This document shows, piece by piece, positions 1 through 12,480 of a DNA stretch of 64,000 bases. The position numbers and the translations under genes were made by a program. Source of the DNA: Eledone cirrhosa (Eukaryota); NCBI GenBank assembly GCA_964016885.1, contig OZ024746.1, forward strand, positions 1,798,001 to 1,862,000, read 5' to 3'. Within the stretch, counting starts at the first letter, position 1, and each line of letters opens with the position of its first letter. The notes beneath the pieces were generated by a model. It had not been told where the DNA came from. It searched no databases and worked only from the letters and a program-made list of their open reading frames with translations.

Positions 1-62
1 GAACTCATCCCACCCTTGTAAGCAGGGAAAAGTGGACGTAAAATGATGATGATGATGATGAT
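1..62 (+). mobile_element. 3' end of RTE-tailed SINE with (ATG)n tail
   Basis: cccacccttg..agcagggaaaagtggacgtaaaatgatgatg matches the SINE 3' end at 25865-25910 and, inverted, at 26295-26340. Confidence 0.7.
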
Positions 63-83
63 TATATATATAAATATATATAA

Positions 84-153
<70 letters not shown>

Positions 154-154
154 G

Positions 155-187
<33 letters not shown>

Positions 188-368
188 GTATATATATATA
201 TATATATACATATATATACATATATATATGTATATATATATATACATATATATATGTATATATATATATACATATACATATATATACATATATATATGTA
301 TATATATATATATACATATATATATGTATATATATATATACATATATATATGTATATGTATATATATG

Positions 369-399
<31 letters not shown>

Positions 400-630
400 G
401 TATATATATATATACATATATATATGTATATGTATATATATGTATATATATATATATATGTATATGTATATATATGTATATATATATATATATGTATATG
501 TATATATATGTATATATATATATATATATATATGTATATGTATATATATGTATATATATATATATGTATATATGTATATGTATATATGTATATGTATATA
601 TGTATATATATATATGTATATATATGTATA

Positions 631-693
<63 letters not shown>

Positions 694-696
694 GTA

Positions 697-784
<88 letters not shown>

Positions 785-797
785 CATATATATACAT
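62..797. repeat. (TA)n/(TATG)n microsatellite
   Basis: About 735 bp of TA dinucleotide with interspersed G/C; source of the YI-repeat ORFs. Confidence 0.98.
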
Positions 798-896
798 AAT
801 AAAAGTATCGAAGGTCACTGGTATTAATACACCATCCTCCGGCCAGCGTCTTGCTAAACCAATGAATCTAGCAAATTGCAGTAATGCAGCTGCATT

Positions 897-1284
897 ACAT
901 GGCTTAGTGGTTAGAGCATTGGCCTTGCAATCGAAAGGTAGTGAGTTCAATTCTCAGACCGGGTGATGTGTTGTTTCCTTGAGCAAGACACTTTATTTCA
1001 CATACCTTCAGTTTACTCAGCTGTAGAAATGAGATGATAGGGACTGGGGTCCCTATCATTCCACTGTAAAGTGGTCGTGAAGGTGCCACGGCAACAAAGC
1101 ACCCAGCACTCACTGTAAATGAGGTTGGTGTTAGGAAGGGCATCCAGCTGTAGATATCAAGCCAGAATCAGTTCCCGTATGAGCAAGACAAGGTCAGCCG
1201 ACCAGACACTACCCACAACAGGACAACCCGTCTAACCCATGCTAGCGTGAAAGAATGGATGTAAAACGGTGATGATGATGATGA
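897..1284 (+). mobile_element. Composite SINE: tRNA head + CORE-like domain + RTE-derived 3' tail
   Basis: A box TGGCTTAGTGG (900), B box GAGTTCAATTC, CORE-like CCTTGAGCAAGACACTT...CAGTTTACTCAGCTGTAGAAATGAG, then GGTTGGTGTTAGGAAGGGCATCCAGCTGTAG shared with the RTE 3' UTR at ~14020, ending in (GAT)n. Confidence 0.8.
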
Positions 1285-1619
1285 AGGTGAGAACTTATTT
1301 TATTTAACTTTTCTCATTTATTAAGCTAAAACAAGGAGACATCTCTGAACATTGTATGTGTGCGTTAGTTGACATTCAACATAAAAATGTGGTTGTAACA
1401 CCACGCCTCCCCAAAACAGGTCAAAGCTTTGACCTTCGCATGGTAAAAAAATAAAGTGAACAAAGACATAGTTAAAGAAAATAGTGGCTTTTAGAAAAGA
1501 ATAATAATTCCAATGTTCTTGGTAAGAGTATTGGTGATGTAAATGACATGTTGAATAATGATAACACACACACACATACAGAGACGCATACATACACACA
1601 CACACACATACAGACAGAG

Positions 1620-1650
<31 letters not shown>

Positions 1651-2363
1651 CACACACAGATACATATATACACACACACTTGTCAAATAAAGAAAATAAC
1701 AAAAAAGAAAGCAACTTTAACTCTCCCCACAATTCCAGTTATAGAAAGTCTCTGATATTGCTGCCAAAACCAATTTTTAAGGTTTCCAATTTAAATTAAA
1801 ATCTTCCAACATAATTTTATATAAGAACCTCACATTAAGTTACTATCTTAGTAATGAAATAATTGATAATTTTAGTAAATCCCTCAAAATGCTTCATTAA
1901 ATAATTAAAATAGAGTGTATTTCATTAGAAATTTGGTTATGAAAGGGTTAAAAAAATAAAAAGAACCCCGAATAGGAAAAAATAAACCTAGAAGGGAGGA
2001 GATTAAAATGTTGAAAGTACAGCTCAATAAAATTGTTAGAGATAACTAATCAGTAATAGATGAACTAAATGATTTATGAGAATAGTTTGTCAAGACTAAA
2101 TATGTGAAGAAATGGGACCACACAATGTGGAATATGATAATGAAAAGCTACAAGAGTAACTTTCCATACCAAATGTTGTCCTTAACATCATGTGACCTCT
2201 TTCTTTGCTATTACTGATACACAGACATGGGCCCTTTTAGGGTGACAGATTATCAGTATCTGGATGGAATGTAATGATAATAGTAAAGATGATCAAAGTT
2301 GTGGGCTGCTCTGACACAAGTCAGGTGAAGCTAATCTTTTTTTTAATGACGTTTTAATGAAAT

Positions 2364-2600
2364 GTGTTCGCAAAACAGTATGAGAAACTTGCTGAATATA
2401 AAGATCTAGAAATTGAGATAAACAGAATGTGGCACCTTAAAACAGAAACTATTCCGATAGTGACAGAAGCTCTAGGTGTCATAATAAAAGGTGTTCAAAA
2501 GTTTCTAGAAAACATACCTGGTAAAACTAGCATCTATGAAATCCAAAAGATAGTTCTAAAAAGTACCACCCACATACTTTGTAAATTTTTGTCCTTGTAA
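2364..2600 (+). mobile_element. Remnant of RLE-type non-LTR retrotransposon C-terminus (R4/Dong-like)
   Basis: Peptide EKLAEYKDLEIEINRMWHLKTETIPIVTEALG...EIQKIVLKSTTHIL resembles the K..KY.DL..E..R.W....PIV.GALG...Q...L..T..IL end of R4/Dong-type restriction-like endonucleases. Confidence 0.75.
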
Positions 2601-3379
2601 TATATGACAACACAATATTTTCTGTCTAATTTCTTAAGAATTGAATCAAAAGACAGGAAAGTAGGGGCTTATACCTTCACCCCCATTTCCCCCTTCCATA
2701 CACCTCCCATGAGCACAGGCTGAAGCTTACACCACCTTCACCTCCATTCCCCCAACACTCTGCCCCTCACACACGCCCATATACCCACCTTCACAACCAA
2801 AGTCCCAAGCCCATACTGTAAAGTGGTTGTGTAGGTGTCATGACAAAAAGCATCCAGTACTCACTGTGAATGTGGTTGGCATTAGAAAGGGCAGCCCTTT
2901 AGTTACCAAGAGACAGATTTGAGCAGCTTGGTAACAAAAGGGTTAATACTAACAGAAATACAAAAAGAACCATTGAGATTTTATTTCAAATTTAGTTTCT
3001 CTCCACATATTTCATATTGGATTTAATTTGTCATTCTAAACTCCCTTGATAATGGATTTTTTAAGAGTAATTTTCAAAAAGCAAACTCTGAACAAACACT
3101 TCTTTGAATTAATGAAAATATTTCCTATAAACATTAGTCTACTCTTTTTCATTTTTTTTTTTTCATTTTTCTCCTATTTGATATCCAATAGCTATAAATG
3201 GTGACTTGTTATGCTTTAATGCTTAAGCCAAAACATTTAAAAAAAACACTCCATAATAAACAAATATAAATATACAATTGCAAGTGAAAGAAATGTTCCT
3301 AAAAAGCCATTCAGTGTATCCTTGTAATATAAACTGATTTTTTTAAATAATTAAACAAATCAAAATTGAAAATACTTAC

Positions 3380-3879
3380 AAAGGTTCGCCTTGAAGATTA
3401 GTTTTCTGCATTTTATCATCCAAAAAGTTCTCTACTGAGGTTTGTATATGGCCATTTCCACCATGTCGGACAATTTCTCGGGCATTTCCAGTCAGAAGAA
3501 ACCATTGCCCATATTTTTTTTTAAGAGCTGACCGGGACCACATGCTGCTGTTAATCCAATCCTTGGCACCATTACGGAAGGTCAATATTAATGGTTTCTT
3601 TAATCTATACTCATGTTCAAATTGTTTGCTAGTAATATCTAAAATTGATTTCCTATCAATATCACAAAAAGAAATACTGAATTTATGTACAGCCTCCTCA
3701 TCACCGACATTCCACCCATAAAGGTCTTTGATTTCTGAGTCTTTGAAGTCGAACAATAATTGTTGAAGGGTTGGGATCTTCACAAGAAGAGCAATGAAAC
3801 AGAATCCCAGAGATAAAAAAAATATCTTCCGGTAGAAAACTGGAACATTTTTATTTGTTGCCTTTGGATTGTTTTTCAT
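3380..3879 (-). CDS. First coding exon of a JmjC-domain family protein (JMJD8/JMJD6-like); exon spans 3380-3892, rest of gene not found in window
   Basis: Poly-T tract + CAG acceptor (3895-3893), ATG at 3879, donor GTAAGT at 3379. Peptide has an N-terminal hydrophobic segment (IFFLSLGFCFIALLV) followed by CDIDRK..ITSKQFEHEYRLKKPLIL...W.....WSRSALKKKYG, the pre-JmjC pattern of JMJD8/JMJD6/JMJD4 proteins. Family assignment is from recalled motif similarity. Confidence 0.75.
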
Positions 3880-4485
3880 TTTGATATTTTCTCTGAAAAA
3901 AAAAAAGAAAAAGATTCTATAAAGTAAATAGGGGATGAAATAAGAACATATAAGAAAACAATAATTTTTCACATTGGTAGAAGGCTACCAAGAGAAGGTT
4001 TAGTTGATACAATCAACCCCGTAGATACCTACTACTTTATTACTGGGCCAATACAGCTTACAAGAGGATATTACTGGGCCAATACAGCTTACAAGAGGGA
4101 ATTACTGATTCATTTGTGTACACACCCTTTTTCTCACCAGGGTACAAAATATTTCTCTAAAATAAACATGACATGCACAACAGGAAAATTGGCCCAGGAT
4201 GGGTGACTTCCTTGTTGATGTGTACTAGATGAAGAAAGACTGAAATGAGTGACAAGTAGTGAAAAAAAACATTGACAACAAAGGGAGTTTCTCCATGAGT
4301 GAAGGATAGATTGTATGAGACATAAATATGGAGGTTATGAAAAGGCTAAAAAGAAATGAAGCATGCAATACTGGGTGGGTAATGTTATGTGAATGATGAA
4401 GCAGAGATGAGGTGAGAGAAAAACTGGATATAAAAGAAATCCTATGTGGTGTGCAAGAAAGAAGATTGTGTTTGTACCAACATAT

Positions 4486-4635
4486 AATTGTTTCTACTTT
4501 TGGCACAAGGCCAGCAATTACCCAGTACATTACTGGTACTTTATTTTATCGACCCCGTATGGATGAAAGGCAAAGTTAACCTCGGCGGGATTTGAACTCA
4601 GATCATAAAGGGACATAACTATGCTGGAAAGCATG
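4486..4635 (-). mobile_element. tRNA-derived Deu/Nin-domain SINE (partial)
   Basis: Reverse complement contains GAGTTCAAATCCCGCCGAGGTTAACTTTGCCTTTCATCC..CGGGGTCGATAAAATAAAGTACCAG. Confidence 0.85.
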
Positions 4636-5813
4636 TACCAATATATAATAGGCTTGAATGATGATTGTTGGTTGAAGCAATTCCAATGAAATAAAGTTAG
4701 GGGTAGGGGAAAACAAAATAGACTTCGGAAGAAGTGATCAAAGTTGATCTCAATATGCTTAACTTCACAAAGGAAAAAACTAAGGAAAAAAACCAGATGG
4801 TGTATGGAAGAAGACTAGTCTGATCCATGTGAGTATCAATAAATCTAAGATCAGAGTGAAACTAACATCTAGTAAGAACTTACCTTAAACTGAGGAGAAT
4901 TTCACTTTCAGCAGATAATTTGGTTTTGTTTGTTGTTTTCTTATGTTTTTTCTTTTTGTTTACATTAAAACCAACCAATATTCAGCCCCAGCGTGGCCAC
5001 AGTCTAGTGACAGAAGGCAATGCCTCAGCATGGCAACCAATATTCAGGTTTACCTTTTAATATACAGAATGTTTTGTGTTGTTGTTGTTTGTAATTCTAG
5101 TTTAATCATAAATTGGTTTGTTTTTGTTTGTGGTTGCTGTTTGAATGATAAATTTAAAAAACAGTTGCTTCTGATAGGACCCCCTGGAGGAGGGGGAAGA
5201 GGAGGAGGCGAGGGGGAAGAGGAGGGGGAAGGGAGGAAGTGGAGGGGTATTGTTATTATTAGTGTTTTTCTTCTTTCTTTAGTTTTGTTTTCATTTCTTG
5301 GCAGGTGTCTTCTTCCCTGACACCCAAGGGCAGAGAAACTTGCTGCATATATTGATAACCCTCAAAAATAAACAGACCAGATTGTTGAAGTCATGCACTT
5401 TACAGTTACCACCACCACCATCATCATCATCATCACTTACCTTGACAAATGACAGAAGCTATACTAACTTGCTCACAACGGAAGGTTTAGATAGTAGAGC
5501 AATACAGTGACTCTGCCATTAATTCAACAGCTTCAACATAAAAATACTGAAGTACTGAGGAACAGACAAATCTCATGAATGAACTGTACTGTTACTAACC
5601 CCCCTCTCTCCCTCTCCCTCACTAATAACTCTCTCTCTCTCCCCACACACACACAGTTTCATTCTTTCCCTCTCTATCACTATTTCAACCTCACTTCTTC
5701 CTCTCGTTCTATATATCTTTCTATCTATTTCTTCTTCACTTCTCCGTCCCCATCACTTCCCACTTTCTCTTTCCGTTTTTCTTTTCATTTTTTTACCTAT
5801 CTATACACACACA

Positions 5814-5879
<66 letters not shown>

Positions 5880-5885
5880 TAGAAT

Positions 5886-6073
5886 AATTGTCTATTTCTT
5901 GGCACAAGTCCAGCAATTGTCCCAGTGCATTACTGGTACTTTATTTTATCGACCCCGTAAGGATGAAAGACAAAGTTAACCTCGACGGGAGTTGAACTCA
6001 GACCATAAAGGGGAGTAACTCTATGCTGCAAAGCATGGCATCCGACCCTCTACCGATACTGCCAATCTACCGC
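5886..6073 (-). mobile_element. tRNA-derived Deu/Nin-domain SINE
   Basis: Near full-length copy of the ~185 bp family. Confidence 0.85.
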
Positions 6074-6384
6074 TTGTGTATAGAATAGTGAAAATACGAA
6101 GTTGTTGTAGATGTTAAAGTGTCCTTTATTAATAAGGCTGTGATACATATTTTAATGACAACAGTGGTCATGTGATTTCACATAATCAGTGTCGTGATCT
6201 CATCAGACTGCATCATTATGTAATAAGGTTAGATTCTCAAGGCAATCCAAACTAAAATGGCAAGGGAATGGACAAAAATAATGTTTTTAAAGCCTTCATC
6301 CATTCCCTATAGAAACAGAGGAAACTATAGAAGTATCAAGTTGATGGACCAGGTCATGAAATTTACAGAAAGAAACAATTCGGA

Positions 6385-6512
6385 TTTGTGCAGAGTAAAA
6401 GTACCACTGAGGCCCCCTCCTTTGTGAAGCAACATCAGGAGAAGTATCTAGCTAAAAGTAAACCCCACTACTTGGCATTTGTTGACCTGGAGAAAGCTTT
6501 CGACAGAGTTCC
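6385..6512 (+). mobile_element. RTE reverse transcriptase fragment
   Basis: KSTTEA..QEKYLAKSKPHYLAFVDLEKAFDRVP, nearly the same as the RTE at 12481. Confidence 0.8.
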
Positions 6513-6719
6513 CTCTGCCCATTCACCCTTCCCAGTTTTACTACCCTGTCCTCACCAACTAAATATCCCACTCACCTCATCCATGTCCAACTTGTCAACT
6601 CCCTCCCTTCCACACTTCTAAGGTACCTCTCCTGTCCTGTTCAACCAATGCATGCAAGCACGGAAAGCTGGAGACATTCCAAATCTGTTGTCCCCCTCCC
6701 CTCCTCATAATGCTGCTGC

Positions 6720-6918
6720 CATGACAAAAAGTACAATAAAAAGCACCCAGTACTCACTGTAAATGTGGTTAGCATTAAGAAAGGCATCCAGCCATAGAAA
6801 CCAAGCCAAAATCAGTTGTGTGTGAGCAAAACACGGTCCTCTGACCTGGATCTCTCATTGGGACAGCACTTCCTATCCATGCTAGCGTGGAAGATGGATG
6901 TTAAACGATGATGATGAT
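6720..6918 (+). mobile_element. RTE-derived 3' tail / SINE tail
   Basis: GCACCCAGTACTCACTGTAAATGTGG...GGCATCCAGCC...CCATGCTAGCGTGG...(GAT)n. Confidence 0.75.
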
Positions 6919-7290
6919 GGAGTGTAATTTGTATAATATTTTTTAAGGAGATAAGAGAAATAACTCAAATATGTTAATGGCATTAATTTGAAGGAATGAA
7001 AGAATGGTGGACTGATGCTATAAGTTCTTCATAAATTGAATTTTCCCTTTAAGTTTAGTGAAAGAAAACAACTCTAGCAGCAACTGTTAGCAACTACTAG
7101 AGACAAGGGGAGATAATATTCATATATTTTAGGATTTCAGATATCAATAAAAAATATCAATAGATCACACATTTTATTAAATTCAAGGGTGAGCAAGTTG
7201 GAGGGGGGGGGGGCAATCAAGTCTTCTTACCAAACAACATTAAAATAAAAAAATAACTACAAGGAGACACCAAATTACACTCTGAGTTAT

Positions 7291-7542
7291 GTGGTGATGA
7301 TGGTGATGATGGTGGAGATGGTGGTGATGGTGATGGTGATGATGGTGATGGTGATGATGGTGATGGTGATGATGGTGATAGTGATGATGGTGGTGGTGAT
7401 GATGGTGATGATGGGGGTGGTGATGATGGTGATGATGGGGGTTGATGGTAGTGGTGGTGATGGTGATGATGGTGGTGATGGTGATGATGGTGGTGATGGT
7501 GATGGTGGTGGTGTTTATGGTGGTGGTGATGGTGGTGGTGAT
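7291..7542. repeat. (GAT/GGT)n microsatellite
   Basis: Direct trinucleotide repeat. Confidence 0.95.
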
Positions 7543-7989
7543 CTATAAAGTTTGTAATGTAACTGATTTTCTTGTTTGTTTTTTTTTCTCTTTATTTTTT
7601 GTTCTTTAATACTGGTTGCTTTGTCCTACGCCCCACACCTCCCTAACAACAAACCTTCACTATAAAGAACTGCTATTTAACTTTAGTTAAGAAAGGGATT
7701 ATCCTCCATTCTTTACACCATTTCCTGGTTGAAACATAAGATTAACAAAATATCATGTTAGTAACATGAATGGCTTAAACAGTTAAATAAATATTCTTTC
7801 TCTCTTTTAATATTGGCAAAATATAAGAAACGATTGTTGTTGCTTTTATTATTGTTGAATAGCCCAGTCAAGACTTTATATGAGAACATTTAGGGCACAG
7901 AGGTAGCAAATCAAAGAATTGTTTGTGCTGGAGTAAATGACTGACTATGAAAATACAAATAAATTATTCTTCTTTGCACATTTATTCCT

Positions 7990-8400
7990 GAGAGGGTTGT
8001 GGGGGCAGAGTCCTCCTCAAACAGTCTCTCCAGTGGGTCCTGTCAGAAGCAACCATCTCCAACTGTTCCAGCTGGATCCCCATGTGAGATCAGCCGAGCT
8101 CATGGATGTTATCCAACCATCTTGCTCAGAGTCTACCCCTGGGTCTCTTGCCAGTTGGTTTTGCCCATAAAATCAGTCCAGTGATTCTTTCCTGAGACAT
8201 TCTAACCACTTGCCCATAGTATCAGAGCTGTGATCCCCCAATTCAGAGAATTAGCATTTGTACCTGGAGTGATTCTCTGATCTCCAAGGTATGCATTGTG
8301 CAGGCTTCCTTGAGAAAATGAGTGTCTCAGTTTTCACAGCACTAATTTTCATTCCAGCCATGCCACACTCAGCATCAAACCTCTCAAGATCACTTTCAGT
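7990..8400 (-). mobile_element. Decayed RTE (Expander/Rex3-like) 3' ORF remnant
   Basis: Minus strand reads PTGKRPRGRL*ARWLDNI, the RPRGRP..RW.D motif of RTE C-termini. Confidence 0.55.
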
Positions 8401-8629
8401 TAAGTTAAGTAACACCATCAATTCAGTTAGAAAAATTTATATTTTTCATTATTTCCTTTTAAGTTAGGATAGGTGTGACTAGTCTGCAAATTCAAACATG
8501 TCAAGTGTAATTTGTTAAGAAACCCACAAGATTAGATTTAAAACACAAAAGATGTTTTAAGTAGAGTTTTCTGTTGTTATATTTATAGATGCTGTGTGAT
8601 TAAGAAGTTCACTTTACAACTACATAATT

Positions 8630-8920
8630 GGAATAAGCGGGGCATTGTAAATCAGTAAAATTTCTAGGTTGTCCCCGTTGATTTTTTTAAAAACCAGAAT
8701 TAATCATTTAGTTTACATATTGAGACCCCAAACCATCCTATTTATTTTATAACGTATGTGATTTCTAATAATGTACATTTTTGTCATGTATAAAGTTTTT
8801 TAGTGTCTAAAGAAAATTAATTGTCGTAGAAATGTTGCCACTTAAAATAAAATTTCATAAGAGATAGATTAGATTTAATAAGCGGAGGGGATCTAAAGAA
8901 TTAATAAGTGATGGATTGGG
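8630..8920 (+). mobile_element. Dispersed repeat, probably a non-autonomous DNA transposon
   Basis: Similar to 40245-40580 (+) and 62410-62756 (-), e.g. AAAACCAGAATT..CATTTAGTTTA.ATATTGAGA.CCC. Confidence 0.6.
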
Positions 8921-10536
8921 GGGGGGGGTTCAAAACCCAAGAGTAATTATTATAAAACACAATAATTAACATAAGATATGATATAAAACATGGAAAACAC
9001 TCGGGGTTAGCTACCCACACTCAGGTAAAAACCCATTAGTTAAATCAAGTCAGAGCACCCTTATATTTCTGCCCCTCCCATTACACATTATATACTTTCC
9101 AGGAATCCCCCAAATTGTATTTCTTCTGTGGATTCATTAATAAAAGAACATCTTCTGGACAATAATATTTCATATATTTCTTTTATTGTTAAAACTATAA
9201 TTCTACCTTCCAGATGCAGTAGCAATCCTCCATTTCCTGGTACACATTGCATGGCTTGGTCTCCTCCAAATCATACAGTAAACTAAGCAGATCATTACTG
9301 CTGCTTCTCGGTATTTATACTTATCATATAATCTTCTGATGGCTTTTTTTATTTATTATTTCCTCATCTTTTCTTTTTCAGTTATAACTGTCACTTCCTT
9401 CAGCTTCCATCAACCAAAATGGATGGAGTGACAGGAGGGGAGGGTGGACTCCAGCATCACTCACTTCTGATACTGAGCATCATCTAACTTTCTCTGCCAT
9501 TTGTAGATCAGAAGATGGTATTTTGGTATCATTCACTTCAAGAACCAAGGAACAGTAGTAGATTTTCTGGTTATCTTCGAAGGTGTAACTGCTGCTATGA
9601 TTGATAATATTACTGGAACCATAGCTTCTAGAATTTGCCTGTTCCGTTTGTTTGTTTTTTCCAACTCTTCAGAGGAGAAAGCCTTCAAATAACTTTTACT
9701 GCTACAAGTGTAACAATTGCTTTGTATACCTTACACCATCAATCTCATTGCCTTTCATTCAGTGTCTGTAATGGGGCACAGTCTCAAAATGGCCTTGTGT
9801 TACTGATGGGTCATGATGACTCACAAGTCTTTGCTAATCCCGACCAAACACACATCATTTCTCACTACATTTTTCACTCATTACTTGCTCATATTGCTTT
9901 ACCAAGGTGATATCTCAGTCATATTAAAATGAAAGTGGTGGAGATTACCCACAAAATATGAGGGATTTGGTGATTTTTTAAAATTGTATAAAGACTTCAC
10001 AATTAAATAAGAGAGGGGAACCACTGATCCAAGATATACATCAGGCATTATTCTAACAGGACCCAGCAGCAGCAGCCCGTAGGCCGGAAGATCCAACAAT
10101 CTATTAACTCACTAAGTGCTGTTAGAAATGAGAGTAAAGTTGTTATGGGATGACATGGAAGACACAGATGAAAGTGAATTCAAACATCAAAGAAAATTTC
10201 CCAAGAAAATATAACTGCTATGATGTGACAGTAAATGTTGAAACAATTAGATGAAATTCTAGCAGCTTATTCATCCTTCCCCACACTAAATAGACCTAGA
10301 TAGAATAACAATATTTATTACATATGCAGTTCTGATGGTGGAACATGATATATATGACAAAATAAGTGGAACTAATTGACAGCAATTATTAAATTATCAA
10401 GTGAAATACACAACTTCAGTCTGTTGCTACTTAAATGTCATCGTTTGATGGCTGTACACAAAGTAACATTATCTCTCTCTCTCTCCCTCAGATTATCTAT
10501 CTATCTCACATGCACACACATACATGTACACACACG

Positions 10537-10591
<55 letters not shown>

Positions 10592-10928
10592 CAGACAGAG
10601 AGAGAGGAAGAAAGAGAGAATGGTTTTTTTTACATATATGTATAAATTCTTAATCATTACTTGAAATTTGTCACAAGATGTTGCACAGACAGACAGGTAG
10701 ACAGACAGACAGACAGGCAGACAGGCAGACAGACAGACAGACAGACAGAGATGCAAGACAGACAGACAGATAGTGTGTATCCGAATGTATAAGTATGCAT
10801 GTATACAAAATATACCAATCTATCTATATTTAACAATTTCTCTCACTCTCTCTCCCTTTATATACACACACACACATATATATCTATATATCTATACATA
10901 TATATATACACACACACACATATATATC

Positions 10929-10960
<32 letters not shown>

Positions 10961-10968
10961 TATATATC

Positions 10969-11002
<34 letters not shown>

Positions 11003-11030
11003 TATATATCTATCACCTCCACCCCACCCA

Positions 11031-11456
11031 CACCGCCCCTTTCAATGTAAAGTTATGTTGGTCCCACAACATCCAGGCCGAAACAAATGAGATCGTGTAG
11101 GTGTCACGACAAAAAACACACAGTCCACGCTGTAAATGTGGCCGTGTAGGCAACACGGTAAAAACCTCCCAGCCCCACACTGTAAATGTGGTTGGTGTTA
11201 GGAAGGGCATCCAGCTGTAGAAAACCCGCCAGACAGTCCACGCTGTAATGTGGCCGTGTAGGCAACACGGTAAAAACCTCCCAGCCCCACACTGTAAATG
11301 TGGTTGGTGTTAGGAAGGGCATCCAACTGTAGAAAACCCGCCAGACAGTCCTATGCGAGCAAGACAACCACTCTTGCCTCAAGTGGGAAAACCCCCGTCC
11401 AAACCCATGCAAGCGTGGAACACGGACGCTAAACCTGATGATGATGATGATGATGA
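11031..11456 (+). mobile_element. RTE 3' UTR copy with internal ~120 bp tandem duplication
   Basis: Near-identical to 13860-14282, including the same internal duplication; ends in (GAT)n. Confidence 0.85.
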
Positions 11457-11620
11457 CACACACACATATATCTATATACACACACATATATCTATATACA
11501 CACACATATCTCTCTCTCTATATATATACACACACATATATATATACACATATATAGATATATATACATACACACACATATATATGTATATATATATATA
11601 CACACACACATATATATATA

Positions 11621-11790
11621 TCCACACTGTAAACGTGGTTGGTGTTAGGAAGGGTATCCAGCCGTAGAAAATCTGCCAGATAGTCCTATACGAGCGAGAC
11701 ATGGTCACCCGACCAGCCTTGCCTCAAGTGGGAAAACTCCCGTCCAAACCCATGCTAGTGTGGAAGATGGACGTTAAACGATGATGATGA
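11621..11790 (+). mobile_element. RTE 3' UTR terminal fragment
   Basis: GGTTGGTGTTAGGAAGGGTATCCAG...CCATGCTAG...(GAT)n. Confidence 0.8.
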
Positions 11791-11792
11791 TA

Positions 11793-12213
11793 TTTTCCCA
11801 CTTGAGGCAAGGCTGGTCGGGTGACCGTGTCTCGCTCGTATAGGACTATCTGGCAGATTTTCTACGGCTGGATACCCTTCCTAACACCAACCACGTTTAC
11901 AGTGTGGACTGGGAGGTTTTTACCATGTTACCTACACAGCCACATTACAGCGTGGACTGTGTGTTTTTTTGTCGTGACACCTACACGACCTCATTTATTT
12001 AGGACTGGATGTTGTGGTACCAATGGGATGGGGGGGTGAGGGGTGTATTTTGATTAAGAGGTGCCTACTGACTGTAGGTTTCACTTTGTACTTAGACAAG
12101 GAGCGTCTTCTGTATTACTGCGTAGCGCCAAAGATCTTGGTCCAGTGACATTGTCTTGGAGAGGTGTAAGTGTGTGAGGTCAGAATTTATCAAGTCATCC
12201 CAGGTTTTTCTGG
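11793..12213 (-). mobile_element. Inverted RTE 3' end (last codons + 3' UTR)
   Basis: Reverse complement matches 13660-14220 (KTWDD codons through the UTR). Confidence 0.8.
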
Positions 12214-12480
12214 CAGATCCAGAAAAACCTGGGACGACACATATCTTTCTCTATATATATATACACGCACACACACACATATCTATCTATCTCTATATAT
12301 ATATACACACACACACATCTACATATATATATATATACACACACATATCTATATCTATATATATATATATATATATACACACACGCACACACACACATAT
12401 CTACATATATATATACACACACACACATCTATATCTATATATATACATATATATATATACACACACACACATCTATATCT

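Noticed and set aside
897-965. tRNA gene
   Set aside because: A/B boxes run straight into a SINE body with no terminator; the same holds for the other SINE heads.
43-966. Long YI/IY-rich ORFs (also at 23196, 43207, 54858 and elsewhere)
   Set aside because: Translations of TA/CA microsatellites, open in several frames on both strands.
6161-6211. Minus-strand hammerhead-like motif (CAGT-CTGATGA...GAAA-TCACATGA-CC-ACTG)
   Set aside because: Lacks the required U before the cleavage site, has four unpaired bases between stem II and GAAA, and has no second copy in the window; chance or too decayed to call.
9200-10250. Unique-looking region that might be decayed coding sequence
   Set aside because: No recognisable motifs or consistent splice-bounded frame.
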